From Podarcis tiliguerta (Eukaryota), in NCBI GenBank assembly GCA_965153285.1, contig OZ229116.1: DNA of 64,000 bases. The stretch is one strand, 5' to 3'. The translations under genes were made by a program, and so were the position numbers. Shown piece after piece: positions 1 to 12,814 of this stretch. Position 1 is the first letter of the stretch, and each line of letters starts with the position of its first letter. The notes beneath the pieces were generated by a model that was given only the letters and a program-made list of their open reading frames with translations, made no database searches and had not been told where the DNA came from.

Positions 1-118
1 AGGTTACCTCGAGTTGAGAACTTTGCCCCAGGATGAGAACAGAAATCATGTCCAGAACGGTTTCAGGTTAAGAATGCACCTCTGGAACAAATTAAGTTCA
101 TAACTAGAGGTACCACTG
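1..118. mobile_element. Tc1/mariner (Tigger-like) MITE, truncated by window edge, nested in a Harbinger-like MITE
   Basis: Ends gaggtaccactg followed by TA; same family as 34418, 51713, 52980 and 63102. Confidence 0.85.
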
Positions 119-353
119 TAGTCTGTTTGAGGTGCTGAGAGTTGTTAGGAGACCCCCCTCACAGAGCTATAAGTTTCAGAGCAGTTTAACAACCAATCCC
201 TCTTCGTTGGTAACTCTGGGAATGAAAACTCTCTGAGTGGTCCTTTTAGCACCTTTAACAAACACCATTTCCAAAGATTCTTGGGGAGGGGTGTGTGGAT
301 CTGACTGTTAAAATGGTATAATACTGCTTTAAATGTGAAGGGTGGATGTGGCC
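119..353. mobile_element. Palindromic non-autonomous DNA transposon (PIF/Harbinger-like MITE), right part
   Basis: gctgagagttgttaggagacc core; ends ...gatgtggcc followed by TAA; related copies at 11348, 25965, 36545. Confidence 0.6.
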
Positions 354-739
354 TAAGACAGGCCATTGACTCATAAGCTGACTTGTAAATACGTTGAAGT
401 TGGTTGCAATGGGTTGTGTTTATTCTAATCGTGTTTCACCTTGCATTTTACCAAAGCTGAGCTCAAATTTTCGAGAAGACTTTTTACCCTAGAAAAAAAC
501 GCCTGAGATTTTTGTTTTTCTCACCTACCAGGAAAAAGAAGCCCACCTGGCAAATCCCCCCCCCCCCATCTTCACCATTTTTGGTGGTGCCGCCATTTAA
601 CTCCACAATGTTCCAGAATGGCGCTGGGGCTGAAGCATTGTAGAGGATATGAAATGGTGGGCGGGCTACTGATATAGCTGCTACTATACCTGAAAGATTA
701 TCTCACCCAATTCATCATGACACTCTTCAGGTGAGGGTT

Positions 740-935
740 TCCAGCAAATACCATCTTGCCAGGAAGGCCATTCCACAAAATGTAGGAACAGAAGAATTGG
801 GCCTTTAGTGTTCTGGAATTAGAAAGGCACTACCCCTGTTGTCTTTTTTTGTGCCTAATGAAGGCTTTTCTCTTCCAACAAGCTTTTCAAGGTGAGATCT
901 TTTCCAGCCTGTATCTGTTTTAGAAATGTTTTAAA
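740..935 (+). mobile_element. Degenerate L2 LINE 3' fragment
   Basis: gggcctttagtgtt...tggaat...aaggcttttctcttccaacaagctttt resembles the L2 3' end seen at 63395-64000. Confidence 0.45.
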
Positions 936-936
936 G

Positions 937-961
937 ATGATAGATTAGATAGATGATAGAT

Positions 962-1003
<42 letters not shown>

Positions 1004-1012
1004 CTGATAGAT
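937..1012. repeat. (GATA)n microsatellite
   Basis: Direct reading. Confidence 0.95.
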
Positions 1013-2356
1013 ATTCAAAGCATTACTGCTTCTGACTGTGGAGGTAGACAAAGCTGACATGGCTAGCAGCCATTGCTAGCCTTATCCTTTCATATTTCTC
1101 CCACCCAGTCATGGGTATAATATTGTTGGTCCCTGAAGTAACATCAGGAGAGATGGTAAGAAGTAACTTAAGGAAGTTTTAATCTGTGAATTGTGGTTTT
1201 CAGAGGGGGGTAAAATATCAAAAACTTTTGTTCAGTGGTTTTGAAGCGACTGGAGAATAAGTTTGTTTTGTTTTTCCTGGCAAAAGCCAGTAACTGAAAA
1301 GCCCATGTTGAAATTTGGCTGGGGACCTTGGATGATCTGTGTCAGATCATTTCATAACTATGAGTGTGTTGAAGGAACTAGCTTCACATCTCATTTGGAA
1401 GTCAGAGTTCCAGCAGTGCCATGTTAACTGCGACTTGCTGAGGCCATCAGTTCAAGACTGACTCAGAGAATAAAATGTAGCTTTTGGATTTTTCTTATCA
1501 AAGCCTCAACTTATCCTTAGACAAACCTTTGTGCACAGTAACTATCCTCTTTTTTTTCTTCTTCAACAGACCTCTCAGATTTGGTCTGTATGTCACACAG
1601 AAGTGGGGAAAGAAGGAAATGTGTGTTCCGCACTTTTCTTCTTTTGCATTTTCTATTTGAAGCATTCACAGTCTGGTCCAAATCCAGTTTAAATATGAAG
1701 AACTGTAAGATGGGAGAGCAGTGGCTTTGAAGTGGCCCATCATCAGCCCACAGACTGCAGACTCAGGAGGCACACAAGTGACCTGTTCAGTTTTCTTCAG
1801 TATGGTGGGATGCATTGTATTTCTATTCAAGTTATGCAATCATTCTTAAATGTGCATCTCTACATAAATGAGCACATGCACCAATTATGCAAACTCAAGT
1901 GCCATTTGGTGCCTCCTCCCCTTGAACTGAAACTCCCAAATCAGTTTCTCCATTAGCATCAGATTAAGTTCCATTGCACTCAATCAGGTTTACTTCTGAG
2001 AAGATATGTGTAGAATTACGTTGTTAACCATCAAATACCTAGGTAAACAGATGTCCCCCTTTTGAAACCTAAAGGTTAATTCTTAAAAAGCAATTTTAGG
2101 GTTCAGTTAGTAGATTTTTATTTATTTTATTTTTGGGGGGAAGGAGACAACCATGGAAATGTCCCCCACCCTGGTAGCCAGTCATTTGAATGCCACCAAC
2201 AAGGGCACCAAGAAAACTACCTCTCAAAGAAGCAAGACCTCTCAACTATCTTCACAGTTATTGAATGAAAAACAGTTGAGGATGAAGTGCTTTTTCATGA
2301 TGGCCCTCACCATTAAGGAATGCAATCAACTATTTGTTTGATGACCATGGCAGCTA

Positions 2357-2593
2357 CAGTAGTACCTTGGTACTCGAACTGCTTGGCTCCCAAACAAATC
2401 GGCTCCCAAATACCAATTTGTTCTGGTCTGCAAACATTTTCAGAAGCCTAACGTCCGATGCGGCTTCCATGGCTTCCATTTGAGTGCAGGAAGCTCCTGC
2501 AGCCAATCAGAAGCTGCGCCTTGGTTTTTGAACAGTTTTGGGAGTCGAACGGACTCCTGGAACAGATTAAGTTCGAGAATCAAGGTACCACTA
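2357..2593. mobile_element. Tc1/mariner-type MITE
   Basis: TIR cagtagtaccttg / caaggtaccacta with TA flanks. Confidence 0.8.
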
Positions 2594-3058
2594 TATTATG
2601 TGCTTTGCACCATGACATGCTTATCAAGATAGGAGTAACTCATTATTATTTTTTAACCAAAAGACACTGTGAGGATGAATATATGCTGTGTCAAGAATTC
2701 ACCCAGAATTACAGGCTATCAGCCAAACATTTAACTAAATACACAAGGAAGTGGTAGGGTCCAGAGCTGTATCTCCACCCCCTCTCATCATTTTCATCAG
2801 TCTTCAAAAATTAAAGGGCAATTGTCTGGAGCAGAGAGCTTGTTCTCTACTCCTGGAGCTTCCCACCTCAGATATAGCTGCTCTCCAACAAATGACACGA
2901 GGTCGAGTAGGTGGGTTCATCCCCACTGCCCCTGCTGATGTTTTCAGTGTATCAGAGAGTGCAGGAAGTGAGCTTTATAGTATTGCAATTAAAGTACTGC
3001 AATAACATATTGCAAAAGTATTCGTCCACCTTAACTTGCAAACTACCTCTTCCTTTTT

Positions 3059-3406
3059 CATAGAATCATAGAATCATAGAGTTGGAAGGACCACAAGGGC
3101 CATCGAGTCCAACCCCCTGCCAAGCAGTAAACACCATCAGAGCACTCCTGACATATGGTTGTCAAGCCTCTGCTTAAAGACCTCCAAAGAAGGAGACTCC
3201 ACCACACTCCTTAGCAGCAAATTCCACTGCCGAACAGCTCTTACTGTCAGGAAGTTCTTCCTAATGTTTAGGTGGAATCTTCTTTCTTGTAGTTTGCATC
3301 CATTGCTCCGTGTCCGCTTCTCTGGAGCAGCAGAAAACAACCTTTCTCCCTCCTCTATGTGACATCCTTTTTTATATTTGAACATGGCTTTTATATATTT
3401 GAACAT
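3059..3406 (-). mobile_element. CR1 LINE 3' end (ORF2 C-terminus, 3'UTR and (ATTCTATG)n tail)
   Basis: Translation KGCHIEEGERLFSAAPEKRTRSNGCKLQERRFHLNIRKNFLTVRAVRQWN...SPSLEVFKQRLD; catagaat repeats. Confidence 0.92.
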
Positions 3407-4179
3407 ATTCGTTGCATATCCGTTAAAAAAAACAAGACAGCTGAGAATGATAACAGGAAGACATATAACTTCAGTAAGCACCACCAATACATGAGCGTTT
3501 TCTCTTTTTTTGCTTGAACGCTTTTTTTCTTTCTTTCTTTTCATAACCTGGGACACCCCCCCCCCCCCCGTTATATCGAATGTGAAAATCAGCTAGAAGT
3601 GATTAATCTTGTATCCAGTTTTTACCCTGGTCTTATTCTTGTTCTGGAGCTTTGTTTTGTGTTACACCTTCAGAGTTCATTAATTGCCTCCCCCCAGCAC
3701 CACCCTTGACACTACAACTCTGTGCTTTTAGTTTCCGCTGAAATCCTTATTGTGGAATGTGCTGAAATGGAATCTGAGTTGGATGGAGCAAGACTGGCAC
3801 CTACTGGTAACAGACACTGAATTCATGCTTAGAATAACAATCCCTTTTGATCATAAATGGCATCTCTTTGAGGGCAATCCTATAGCTTTCTGGTGTGCTT
3901 TGGTCCATGTTTTGAGCTTATTGGTTTGCCCAATATTAAGATAAACCAAAACTGTACCAGTAGGAAGAGGAAGGGAGGATTTTTTGAGAGCACGATGGTC
4001 TATCTAACTGCAAATGATATCCGTTCTGATTTTTCCATTGTCCCCCGCTGGATCATCAAGTCCATTCTTCATCACACATCCCCTGTGAGAATCAAGAACT
4101 GCTAAGAATAAGTGTAAGATTTTGGCAAGCAGCAAAATAACTATTTGCTTGGCTTAGCTCTTACACTTTGCCCTATACA

Positions 4180-4506
4180 TGGTGGGCTGTACATTCATTT
4201 TAATGAATAGAAAATGAAACAAATGCACCTAGGTTAATGTTTGCTTACATTAAAACAAAAGCAAAAAAAATGAAAGCAAATGTGAAAAAAAGAATGATAA
4301 GTTTTATTTCTTCACATTTGTTTTTCAATCCTGGCATGGCTTAGCAGTAGGAGAATTGCCTAGGACTCCATTAAAATCAGTGGGGAAATGAAAGCAAAGA
4401 TGAAAGGAGGATGAATGCCATTAAAATGAAGGTAAAATGAAACAAATGTGGCTTTGAAAATGAAAATAAGAACAAAATGAACATTTGTTTCATTGTTGCA
4501 TCCCTA
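4180..4506. mobile_element. Old hAT-like non-autonomous element with decayed subterminal repeats
   Basis: Many aaatgaaacaaatg-like motifs (possible CpG-decayed cgaa repeats); ends gcatcccta. Confidence 0.4.
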
Positions 4507-4859
4507 TTTGGTAGTTTTACTTAGATTTCTCATTGAAGTTGGCTAATGAGTCCAGAACATGTCCAGTTGGAAAGAAGGGTTTAGAGATATTTCATAATGA
4601 TACAGCTGGATTTTAAGTTTCTGATTTTTGTGCGTGTTATGGGTAGGGGTGTACAACATATTTGTCGAAATCCTGAACAGAATTGGACCAATTTGTACAG
4701 ATTTGTGCCAAATCCACATTAGGTCAAGGAAGTTAAAACCATAAGCTCAAGTGAAGAAGAAGAGGAAGAAAAATGTCTTATACCCCACCCATCTGATTGG
4801 GTTGCCCCAATCACTCTGGGTGACTTCCAACAAAAATACAAATAAAACAAAGAATAGTA

Positions 4860-4957
4860 CAGTGGTGCCTCGCAAGATTAAGAGAATCCGTTCCGCGAGT
4901 CTCTTCGTCTAGCGGGTTTTCTGTCTTGCGAGGCATTCGTCTTGCGGGGCACCACTG
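4860..4957. mobile_element. 98-bp Tc1/mariner-type MITE
   Basis: TIR cagtggtgcctcgcaaga / tcttgcggggcaccactg with TA on both sides; lies next to an L2 3'-tail fragment (4770-4850). Confidence 0.88.
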
Positions 4958-5264
4958 TAGTAATAGCAATTTGTTCCAATGTAATATGAAAAAACTCTTT
5001 AAAGTCAGACTGTCTTTCTCCAAAGTATAAGAAGAATGTCAAGTTGGAGAGAGGAGGGAGCTGGAGTTTGCTCACTGAGAGCTCTTGCTTCCAATGCCAG
5101 CCTAGAATCTCTCCCAACACTCTCCAGTCACAGAGCTTGGAGGAATGAATTGTGAAGTCTTAAAATGCAAGAAGCTCATGCTGCCTTCACTCTTTTGTAA
5201 GGTCTAGTCCTTTTAGAAAAGATTAGATGTCGTTTGTTCTGCTTGTGTCTAGTTTCCTTTACAA

Positions 5265-5555
5265 CAGGGGTTGGCAACCTAAGGCCCATGGATCACAAGC
5301 AACCCATGGGGGTCATTTAACTAGCCCATGAGTCACCCCCGAACTGAGCTGCCCGCTCGGCGAGTCCCCAGGCGCTGCACTAAACTGGTGCAGTGCAGTG
5401 CAGGGACTCACTTTCACAGCATCGGAAATTGCATCTGAGCAGATGCAGACGCCAGAAACTGCATCTGCACAGATGCCAGAAATCGCGGCCCAGCCCACGG
5501 AGGGATCTCTGCTGGAGTGAACCGGCCCAGGCAAGGTAAACCTTGGCAACCCCTG
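5265..5555. mobile_element. hAT MITE
   Basis: Termini caggggttg / caacccctg; 8-bp TSD ctttacaa / ctttaaaa (7 of 8). Confidence 0.85.
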
Positions 5556-5875
5556 CTTTAAAACATTCTACCCAGCCTTAGACCTATTTGTTCTCCACCC
5601 TTTCCCAACCAATCCCAGTCCCATCCTTATACTTTTTCTTTAAAAAGGTTGTTTTCTGAGTCTAGTCTTAGTTACTTAGGCAGTATCACTTTCCTGACCC
5701 CTCCCCCAGTTTGCGATCTTGCTTTTTAGGCTAAGTTTGCATTTTATTTATAGCTGTTTTCTGTTTTCAGTGTCTCTCTTCAGTAGAACCTTGTCTTGTG
5801 TGTATCGGTAAGGCTTTTGAGCACATTGTACACAGCCCAGTGCACAAGCAGCCCACATACAGTACAATATTATAT

Positions 5876-6209
5876 AAAGGTAAAGGGACCCCTGACCATT
5901 AGGTCTAGTCGCGGACGACTCTGGGGTTGTGGCGCTCATCTCGCTTTACTGGCCGAGGGAGCCGGCATACAGCTTCCAGGTCATGTGGCCAGCATAACTA
6001 AGCCGCTTCTGACGAACCAGAGCAGAGCACGGAAACGCCATTCACCTTCCCACCAGAGCAGTACCTATTTATCTACTTGCACTGCTAGGTTGGCAGGAGC
6101 AGGGACCAAACAACAGGAGCTCACCCTATCACAAGGATTCAAACCGCCGACCGTCCGATCGGCAAGCCCTAGGCTCTGTGGTTTAACGCACAGCACCACC
6201 CGCGTTCCC
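5876..6209 (-). mobile_element. Sauria SINE
   Basis: tRNA-like head (gggaacgcgggtggtgctgtg), agataaataggtac core and (ACCTTT) tail on the minus strand. Confidence 0.93.
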
Positions 6210-6350
6210 ATAATATTACAAACCTCAGTACAATACAATCTCTCTCTTTTTTTAAAAAAAAAAGGGGAGGGGTTGTCAAAGTGCATATCATAAACCCGCT
6301 GGAGCTACTTGTCTGAAATTTGGAAAGGAAAATCTCCTCTATCAGACCTA

Positions 6351-6714
6351 AAAGGTAAGGTAAAGGTACCCCTGCCCATACGGGCCAGTCTTGACAGACT
6401 CTACGGTTGTGCGCCCATCTCACTCAAAGAGGCCAAGGGCCAGCGCTGTCCGAAGACACTTCCGGGTCACGTGGCCAGCGTGACATCGCTGCTCTGGCGA
6501 GCCAGAGCCGCACACAGAAACGCCGTTTACCTTCCCGCTAGTAAGCGGTCCCTATTTATCTACTTGCACTCGAGAGTGCTTTCGAACTGCTAGGTTGGCA
6601 GGCGCTGGGACCGACTAACGGGAGCGCACCCCGCCGCGGGGATTCGAACCACCGACCTTTCGATCGGCAAGCCCTAGGCGCTGAGGCTTTAACCCACAGC
6701 GCCACCCGTGTCCC
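6351..6714 (-). mobile_element. Sauria SINE (ggtacccctgccc subfamily)
   Basis: Full length; 13-bp TSD tctatcagaccta at 6338-6350 and 6716-6728. Confidence 0.95.
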
Positions 6715-6758
6715 ATCTATCAGACCTACTGGAACTTAATTCCATGTACCTATGTTAT

Positions 6759-7107
6759 GACTCTTGAGAGTCCCATGGACTGCAAGAAGATCAAACCTAT
6801 CCATTCTTAAGGAAATCAGCCCTCAGTGCTCACTGGAAGGACAGATCCTGAAGCTGAGGCTCCAATACTTTGGCTATCTCATGAGGAGAGAAGACTCCCT
6901 GGAAAAGACCTTGATGCTGGGAAAGATTGAGGGCACAAGGAGAAGGGGACAACAGAGGACAAGATGGTTGGACAGTGTTCTCGAAGCTACAAACATGAGT
7001 TTGACCAAACTGCAGGAAACAGTGGAAGACAGGAGTGCCTGGCATGCTCTGGTGCATGGGTTCATGAAGAGTCGGACACGACTAAACGACTAAACAACAA
7101 AAGCAAC
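6759..7107 (+). mobile_element. RTE/BovB LINE, 5'-truncated
   Basis: RVPWTARRSNLSILKEISP...KTLMLGKIEG...DRSAW; (caa) tail; TSD atgttat. Confidence 0.95.
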
Positions 7108-7218
7108 ATGTTATAGCCATTTTTGTTCCCCAATGCTATTGAGCCAAGTAGCACATACTGATAGCAAGAAGGTACTGATAATGATTTAGAAAGCCCTAAA
7201 TAGGGGAAGCCCTAAATA

Positions 7219-7576
7219 GGGGCGCGGGTGGCGCTGTGGGTAAAACCTCAGCGCCTAGGACTTGCCAATCGTCAGGTCGGCAGTTCGAATCCCCGCGGCG
7301 GGGTGCGCTCCCGTTGCTCGGTCCCAGCGCCTGCCAACCTAGCAGTTCGAAAGCACCCCCGGGTGCAAGTAGATAAATAGGGACCGCTTACTAGCGGGAA
7401 GGTAAACGGCGTTTCTGTGTGCTGTGCTGGCTCGCCAGATGCAGCTTGTCAAGCTGGCCACGTGACCCGGCAGTGTCTGCAGACAGCGCTGGCTCCCGGC
7501 CTATAGAGTGAGATGAGTGCACAACTCTAGAGTCTGTCAAGACTGGCCCGTACGGGCAGGGGTACCTTTACCTTTA
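7219..7576 (+). mobile_element. Sauria SINE
   Basis: Full length with ACCTTT tail; TSD cctaaataggggaag. Confidence 0.95.
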
Positions 7577-7591
7577 CCTAAATAGGGGAAG

Positions 7592-7912
7592 GTAGGTAGC
7601 TGCTTTATACTGCATCAGATCATTAGTCCATCTAGCTTACTATTGTCTATTTTGTTAGCAGCTCCCAGGGTTTCAGGCAAGGGTGATTTCTTGGCCCTCC
7701 CTGGAGATGCTAAGGCAGGCATAGACAAACTCGGCCCTCTAGATGATTTGGGACTACAACTCCCATCATCCCTAGCTAATAGGACCAGTGGTCACGGATG
7801 ATGGGAGTTGTAGTCCCAAAACATCTAGAGGGCTGAGTTTGCCTATGCCTGTGCTAAGGTTTGAACCTATTACTTTGCTTGCAAAGCAGATGCTCTGCCA
7901 CTGAAATATGAC
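7592..7912 (-). mobile_element. Old tRNA-derived squamate SINE interrupted by a hAT MITE
   Basis: Minus strand reads cagtggcagagcatctgctttgcaag... and tagatggactaatgatctga...aaagcagct; related fragments at 29895-30050, 55285-55370, 56860-56960. Confidence 0.6.
7716..7851. mobile_element. Palindromic hAT MITE (ggactacaactcccatc family)
   Basis: Near-complete fold-back; perfect 8-bp TSD tgctaagg at 7708-7715 and 7852-7859. Confidence 0.92.
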
Positions 7913-7934
7913 CCATAAGCTTGTGACTACATTA

Positions 7935-8250
7935 TCTGAGAGAACATCTTCATGCATATAACCTGTATGCCCACTTCAATGTAAGACTTGCAGGTCCTTC
8001 TTGTCCACTAGGAGCAGAATCTTCTCTTTGGTGGCACCCACCATGTAGAATGATCTCTTCTTGGACATCCTGGAGGCACCAACTTCTCTGGTGTTTTGCC
8101 AGTTGCTGAAAACCTACTTATTTGCTCAGGAATTCTGAGGTTCCTGATATTTTTATCAATACCTTGGTGCTATAACTATATGCTTTAATGCATTTCTCAA
8201 TTTTTTCATAAACTGTTTTGACACTATTTTAAATCAAAAACTATGTGTGT
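7935..8250 (+). mobile_element. Degenerate L2 3' fragment
   Basis: tcttctctttggtggcacccaccatgtagaat...ctgaaaacctacttatttgctcagg pattern. Confidence 0.5.
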
Positions 8251-8787
8251 CTTATATTATGATGATGGAAGAAGACTTGAATTTGTAGGACTGTGCTGGC
8301 ACTTACTAACTGGTGCCTAGATCCTTCAACTTGGACTTAATGGTGTTTTACCCAGTTGAACTTTGCCCTTGCCTGTTAAGAATCCTAGATGACCCGATTT
8401 CTGTTCTAAAAACAAAGAGTAAAGCTTCCAGCTGTCATGATTGTGGGCAAAAGCTTTGAAACATGACCTCATTATTTACCTGCCCTAGGCAATGCTTCTC
8501 AAAAGCAGCTGCCACAACTGCATGTCACCACTGAAGGTACCCCAGACAGTGGGAAGAAAGTATCCCTTAGGATGCATCTCTGCTCTAACCTGGTGCATGA
8601 AGGCAAGAAAGCATCTGAAGGGCAAGAGATGACACCCTCATTGTCAAGGCTGCTAGCAAATGAAGCAATTGTCTGACATTGTTGAGTTCAAGATTGTCCT
8701 GTGCTTACTTTTGGTATACATAATGAAGATAAAAGCAAGGAAGGACAGATGAGAAGATGGAAGAGGGTAAAAACCATGCATGGTATA

Positions 8788-9160
8788 AAGGTAAAGTGTA
8801 AAGGGACTCCTGACCATTAGGTCCAGATGTGACTGACTCTGGGGTTGCGGCGCTCATCTCGCTTTATTGGCCAAGGGAGCCGGTGTACAGCTTCCGGGTC
8901 AAGTGGCCAGCATGACTAAGCCACTTCTGGTGAACCAGAGCAGTGCACGGAAACGCCATTTACTTTCCCACCAGAGAAAACACCATTTACTTTCCCACCT
9001 ATTTGTCTACTTGCACTTTGTTGTGCTTTCGAACTGCTAGGTTGGCAGGAGCAGGGACTGAGCAACGGGAGCTCACCCCGTCACAGGGATTCAAACCGCT
9101 GACCTTCTGATCGGCAAGTCCTAGGCTCTGTGGTTTAACCCACAGCGCCACCCGCTTCCC
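8788..9160 (-). mobile_element. Sauria SINE with small internal duplication
   Basis: TSD atgcatggtata; ccatttactttcccacc duplicated at ~8956-8999. Confidence 0.93.
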
Positions 9161-10459
9161 AATGCATGGTATACTGCACCTTTAATTTGCTCATACTATG
9201 TGAATGTTTACTTTCTTTTTAGGATGGTCTTCTGAGTGAATACAACGTATGATCCAAAATGCTGCCATTAGGAGCTGAGCAAGTTTGATTAAGGCTGGTT
9301 TAATTAGGCATCCAGGTGAACAATGACAGGTGGTCTCTAACTACAAATCTTCAGGAGCTGTGATAAGAGTTTTCACATTATATTAAGCACAAATCTTTAG
9401 AAGACAATGTCTGCTTCTGGGCCCGAGGAGCTATATGTTTTCATTTCTCCCCAATATAATTTGGTTTCTACCCTTTTTTACCCTGTATAACTTCCCCTTC
9501 CTGCCATTTTCACATGCTTGCTCTGCAAAATATGACCTGCTTCAGTCTCATAGATCGCACACAGCAGCCTGAATACTGTCACCATATGAGCAGATCTCAT
9601 TGTATTTTCTATGGAAGGGATACAAGTGGGCCACATGGTTAGTATTCCTCAGGTTGCCATGTTATATGCAATCAGTTCGCATTCTGAGGGGCAAAGGGTC
9701 CTTTGTCTGTCCCACAAAGCAGTTTCACATGCAGCTTCCACAATCAGTTCCTTGTTGTTCTTGAGCCTGCTCATGCTATGCTTCCCTGAAACCCCAAGCA
9801 ACTTCCGGTTCCCTAGTTTGTCAGTCCATTTCTTTCCACAGTCACCTGCCTGGACTGCCTTCTGGGAATTGACCTCATTCTGCCTCATGTTTACAATGAT
9901 TTCCCCATGTCCTCTGATATATAGTGCCACAGCCCAGCAATGCAAAGACATTACTGAACCTCTGCTTCCAAAGTTGTGTTTTGAAGTGAAGGAGTTGAAT
10001 ATGTCTTCAGCCCATTCATTTTCTAAATAGCTCCATGGTCATTGGTAGCTCTTATCAAAATAATTTAATGGAGGAGAGGAACTAGTTATGTGAATTGGCA
10101 TACACATTTATGTAGTCAGGTTAACCCTTAAAAAGCCAACAGAGAGAACAGGGAAGGGACATGGTAACAAATCATTGTGTACTTAGATGTTGAATTTATC
10201 ATATATCAAATGTCATATATTAGGTTAGCCAATGTGGTGCTCAACAGGTGTTCCTGTATTCCTACTCTCAGCAGCCACATCCGCCATGGCCAATGGTCAA
10301 GGGTGATGGGACCCATAGTTCAACAGCATCTGAAAGACATCACTTTGGCCACCCCAAGAGACATTATGGGCATAATGATGCAGAGAGTCGTCGGATGATA
10401 AGCTAGGATAGGAGAGGGATGTCATTACGAATTATTATATCTGTTGGTATAGGTAAGAA

Positions 10460-10582
10460 ACTGAGAACTTGTGGGCCTTTTAGATGATGTTGGACTACAT
10501 GTCCCATCATCTCTGACCATTCACTGTGTTAGCTGGAGTTGATGGGAGTTGGAATCCAACAATATCTGGTTCTCCATCACTA
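10460..10582. mobile_element. Degenerate palindromic hAT MITE
   Basis: ggactacatgtcccatc...gatgggagttgga; further copies at ~10220-10355, 16170-16290, 48634-48773, 51605-51680. Confidence 0.6.
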
Positions 10583-11347
10583 GTGTAGGCCACCAGCTGT
10601 TTATAGTGGATGAGTAGGAGTTTCATCCACTATATGTGCCAAGTTCTATCAGCTTTAGTGGGAAAATGAAGACGTTTCAGGATCTGAAAGAAGAGAACTC
10701 AGGCTGAATATTGAAATACACAGCTGAAAAAAAAACCTCACCTTGGAGGTTGTTACATATGTTCTTACTAATTTGGAAATGAATTGTATTCGTAACCTTA
10801 ACCGAATGCAGTTAATGAGGTCACTGACAAGCAATCAGATTTCTCTGGATGTGAATTTCATGCCCAGCATGCTCAGCATTCCAATTGTGATGTAACATAA
10901 TTAAGGATTTGATTTAAATTATTTGTGCTACTTTTGCAACTTTTCTTGTCTGCCAAATGAAAGTTGAGCAAACACAACCTTTTTATTTTGCTATCCATTG
11001 CTCAGTAACCCAGGAAGTGAGCACTAGAGCGAACAATAACTTTCCACTGGAATTCTGTAGATTTTTTTTTTAAATTAATATAAGTTATAAATGTCACTGT
11101 GAAAGCAAAAGGAAACTTTTCTTATTTCTAGGTCACTCTGGGCCTGGCCTCTTGCATTCTGCAGCCATAGGAAAATGTGAGCCCTGCACTGATTTATTCT
11201 CATGAAAAGTTGCTTTTTGTTTTATTTCAATCTAACAAAAGCATATTTCTAACATTTCTGGCAAAGATTGATCTGTGCCAGTTAACCCACCCCTATTCCT
11301 TGCTGTTACAGAGCTCTAGGTTGTTTGCATTAAAAAGAGGAAAGTTT

Positions 11348-11677
11348 GGCCTCATCTGCATTATACATAAAAAGCAGTATTGTTCAGTTTTAAACAGTTA
11401 TGGGTTCCCCAAAGACTCATGGGAGTCTTTCTTAAAGGGGCTGAGAGTTGTTAGGAGACCCCCTATTCCCCACATAAAGCTGCAATTATCTAGGGTAGTT
11501 TAACAATTAATCCCATCCTGAGGAGCTGTGAGACTCATAGCTCTGTGAAGGGAGTAAGGATCTCCTAACAATTCTCAACACTCCTTAGCAAACTACAATT
11601 CCCTGGATTCTTCAGGAAAAGTCATGACTGTTTAAAGTGATACAATACTGCTTTGAATTCATACTGCAGATAGGGCC
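11348..11677. mobile_element. Palindromic Harbinger-like MITE
   Basis: Long TIRs ggcctcatctgca...aaagcagtat / atactgcttt...tgcagatagggcc. Confidence 0.7.
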
Positions 11678-11789
11678 TATAAACAGCTGCCAGTCATGAT
11701 GTCTGTCTTCTACCTCCAAGTCAGAGGCATTAGCCTCTGAACACCAGTTGTCAGCAGTTTAGTGTGTCTTTTAAAAAAACAAATCCAGT

Positions 11790-12135
11790 TCTCCAATACC
11801 CTTTTTTGAGATATGGCAACCAGAACTGTACACAGTATGGTAAGTGTAATTGTTCAAAATATTTGCTTAAATGCAGTTTTATTTTTGATCCTTTTTCTGA
11901 AGATCCCCAATATTAAATTTGCTGCTATACAGTGGCTTGATATCTTCATTGAGCTAGTCAACACAGCCCCAAGTTCCCGGTTAGTCACCACCCATTGAGA
12001 CACCATCAATGTAACTATGAAGTTAGGACTTCTTCACACTGAACTACAATTGACCACTTTGTTGCCCATACACCCAGTTTGGAGAGATCTCTTTGAAACT
12101 CATCAAAATCCCTTCTTGCTATTATCACCTTGAAT
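11790..12135 (-). mobile_element. Degenerate CR1 RT-region fragment
   Basis: ccagaactgtacacagta and cccagtttggagagatc motifs are reverse complements of CR1 YCVQFW / DL..L segments. Confidence 0.55.
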
Positions 12136-12527
12136 ATAATTCACATGTGTTCATTGTGAGAACTGTCCATTTATTCCTGCTCTGTAGTAGGTTAACTTGG
12201 CCCATGAGAAACTGAAAATCTCCCACTAACTATCAAAACCCCTGCTGGAAGCTAGGATGAAACTTATCCAGTTTTCTGAGCTCTCCTAAGTATATTCCAT
12301 ATGCGTGCTCACACATTAAAAAGTACATCTCGAGAAAGTGCTGTGCATTATCAGAAAGTGGGGGAAGATAAAGTTCTGTTTCCAGAGATGATGAGCTGTA
12401 GGGTGCAATTCTTGCAGGTCATCATCATCTGTACTTTTCCCAAATGTATTATTTTACCTTCCTGGTTCTTTACAAGCCACAACATCTATTCCAAGGTGCT
12501 GTACAAGAGATGATTCTGCAGGATCAC

Positions 12528-12664
12528 NNNNNNNNNNNNNNNNNNNNNNNNNNNNNNNNNNNNNNNNNNNNNNNNNNNNNNNNNNNNNNNNNNNNNNNNN
12601 NNNNNNNNNNNNNNNNNNNNNNNNNNNNNNNNNNNNNNNNNNNNNNNNNNNNNNNNNNNNNNNN
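12528..12664. other. Assembly gap (N run)
   Basis: Run of n. Confidence 1.
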
Positions 12665-12814
12665 CCGCCTTTCACTCCCTTTAAGGAGTCTCAAAGCGGC
12701 TAACATTCTCCTTTCCCTTCCTCCCCCACAATAAACACTCTGTGAGGTGAGTGGGGCTGAGAGACTTCAAAGAAGTGTGACTGGCCCAAGGTCACCCAGC
12801 AGCTGCATGTGGAG
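12665..12814 (-). mobile_element. Partial second copy of the MIR-derived (Squam3-type) SINE
   Basis: Nearly identical to 12848-12997 (2 differences seen). Confidence 0.85.

Noticed and set aside
9222-9252. Splice acceptor followed by DGLLSEYNV*
   Set aside because: Short, unrecognised peptide with no supporting gene structure.
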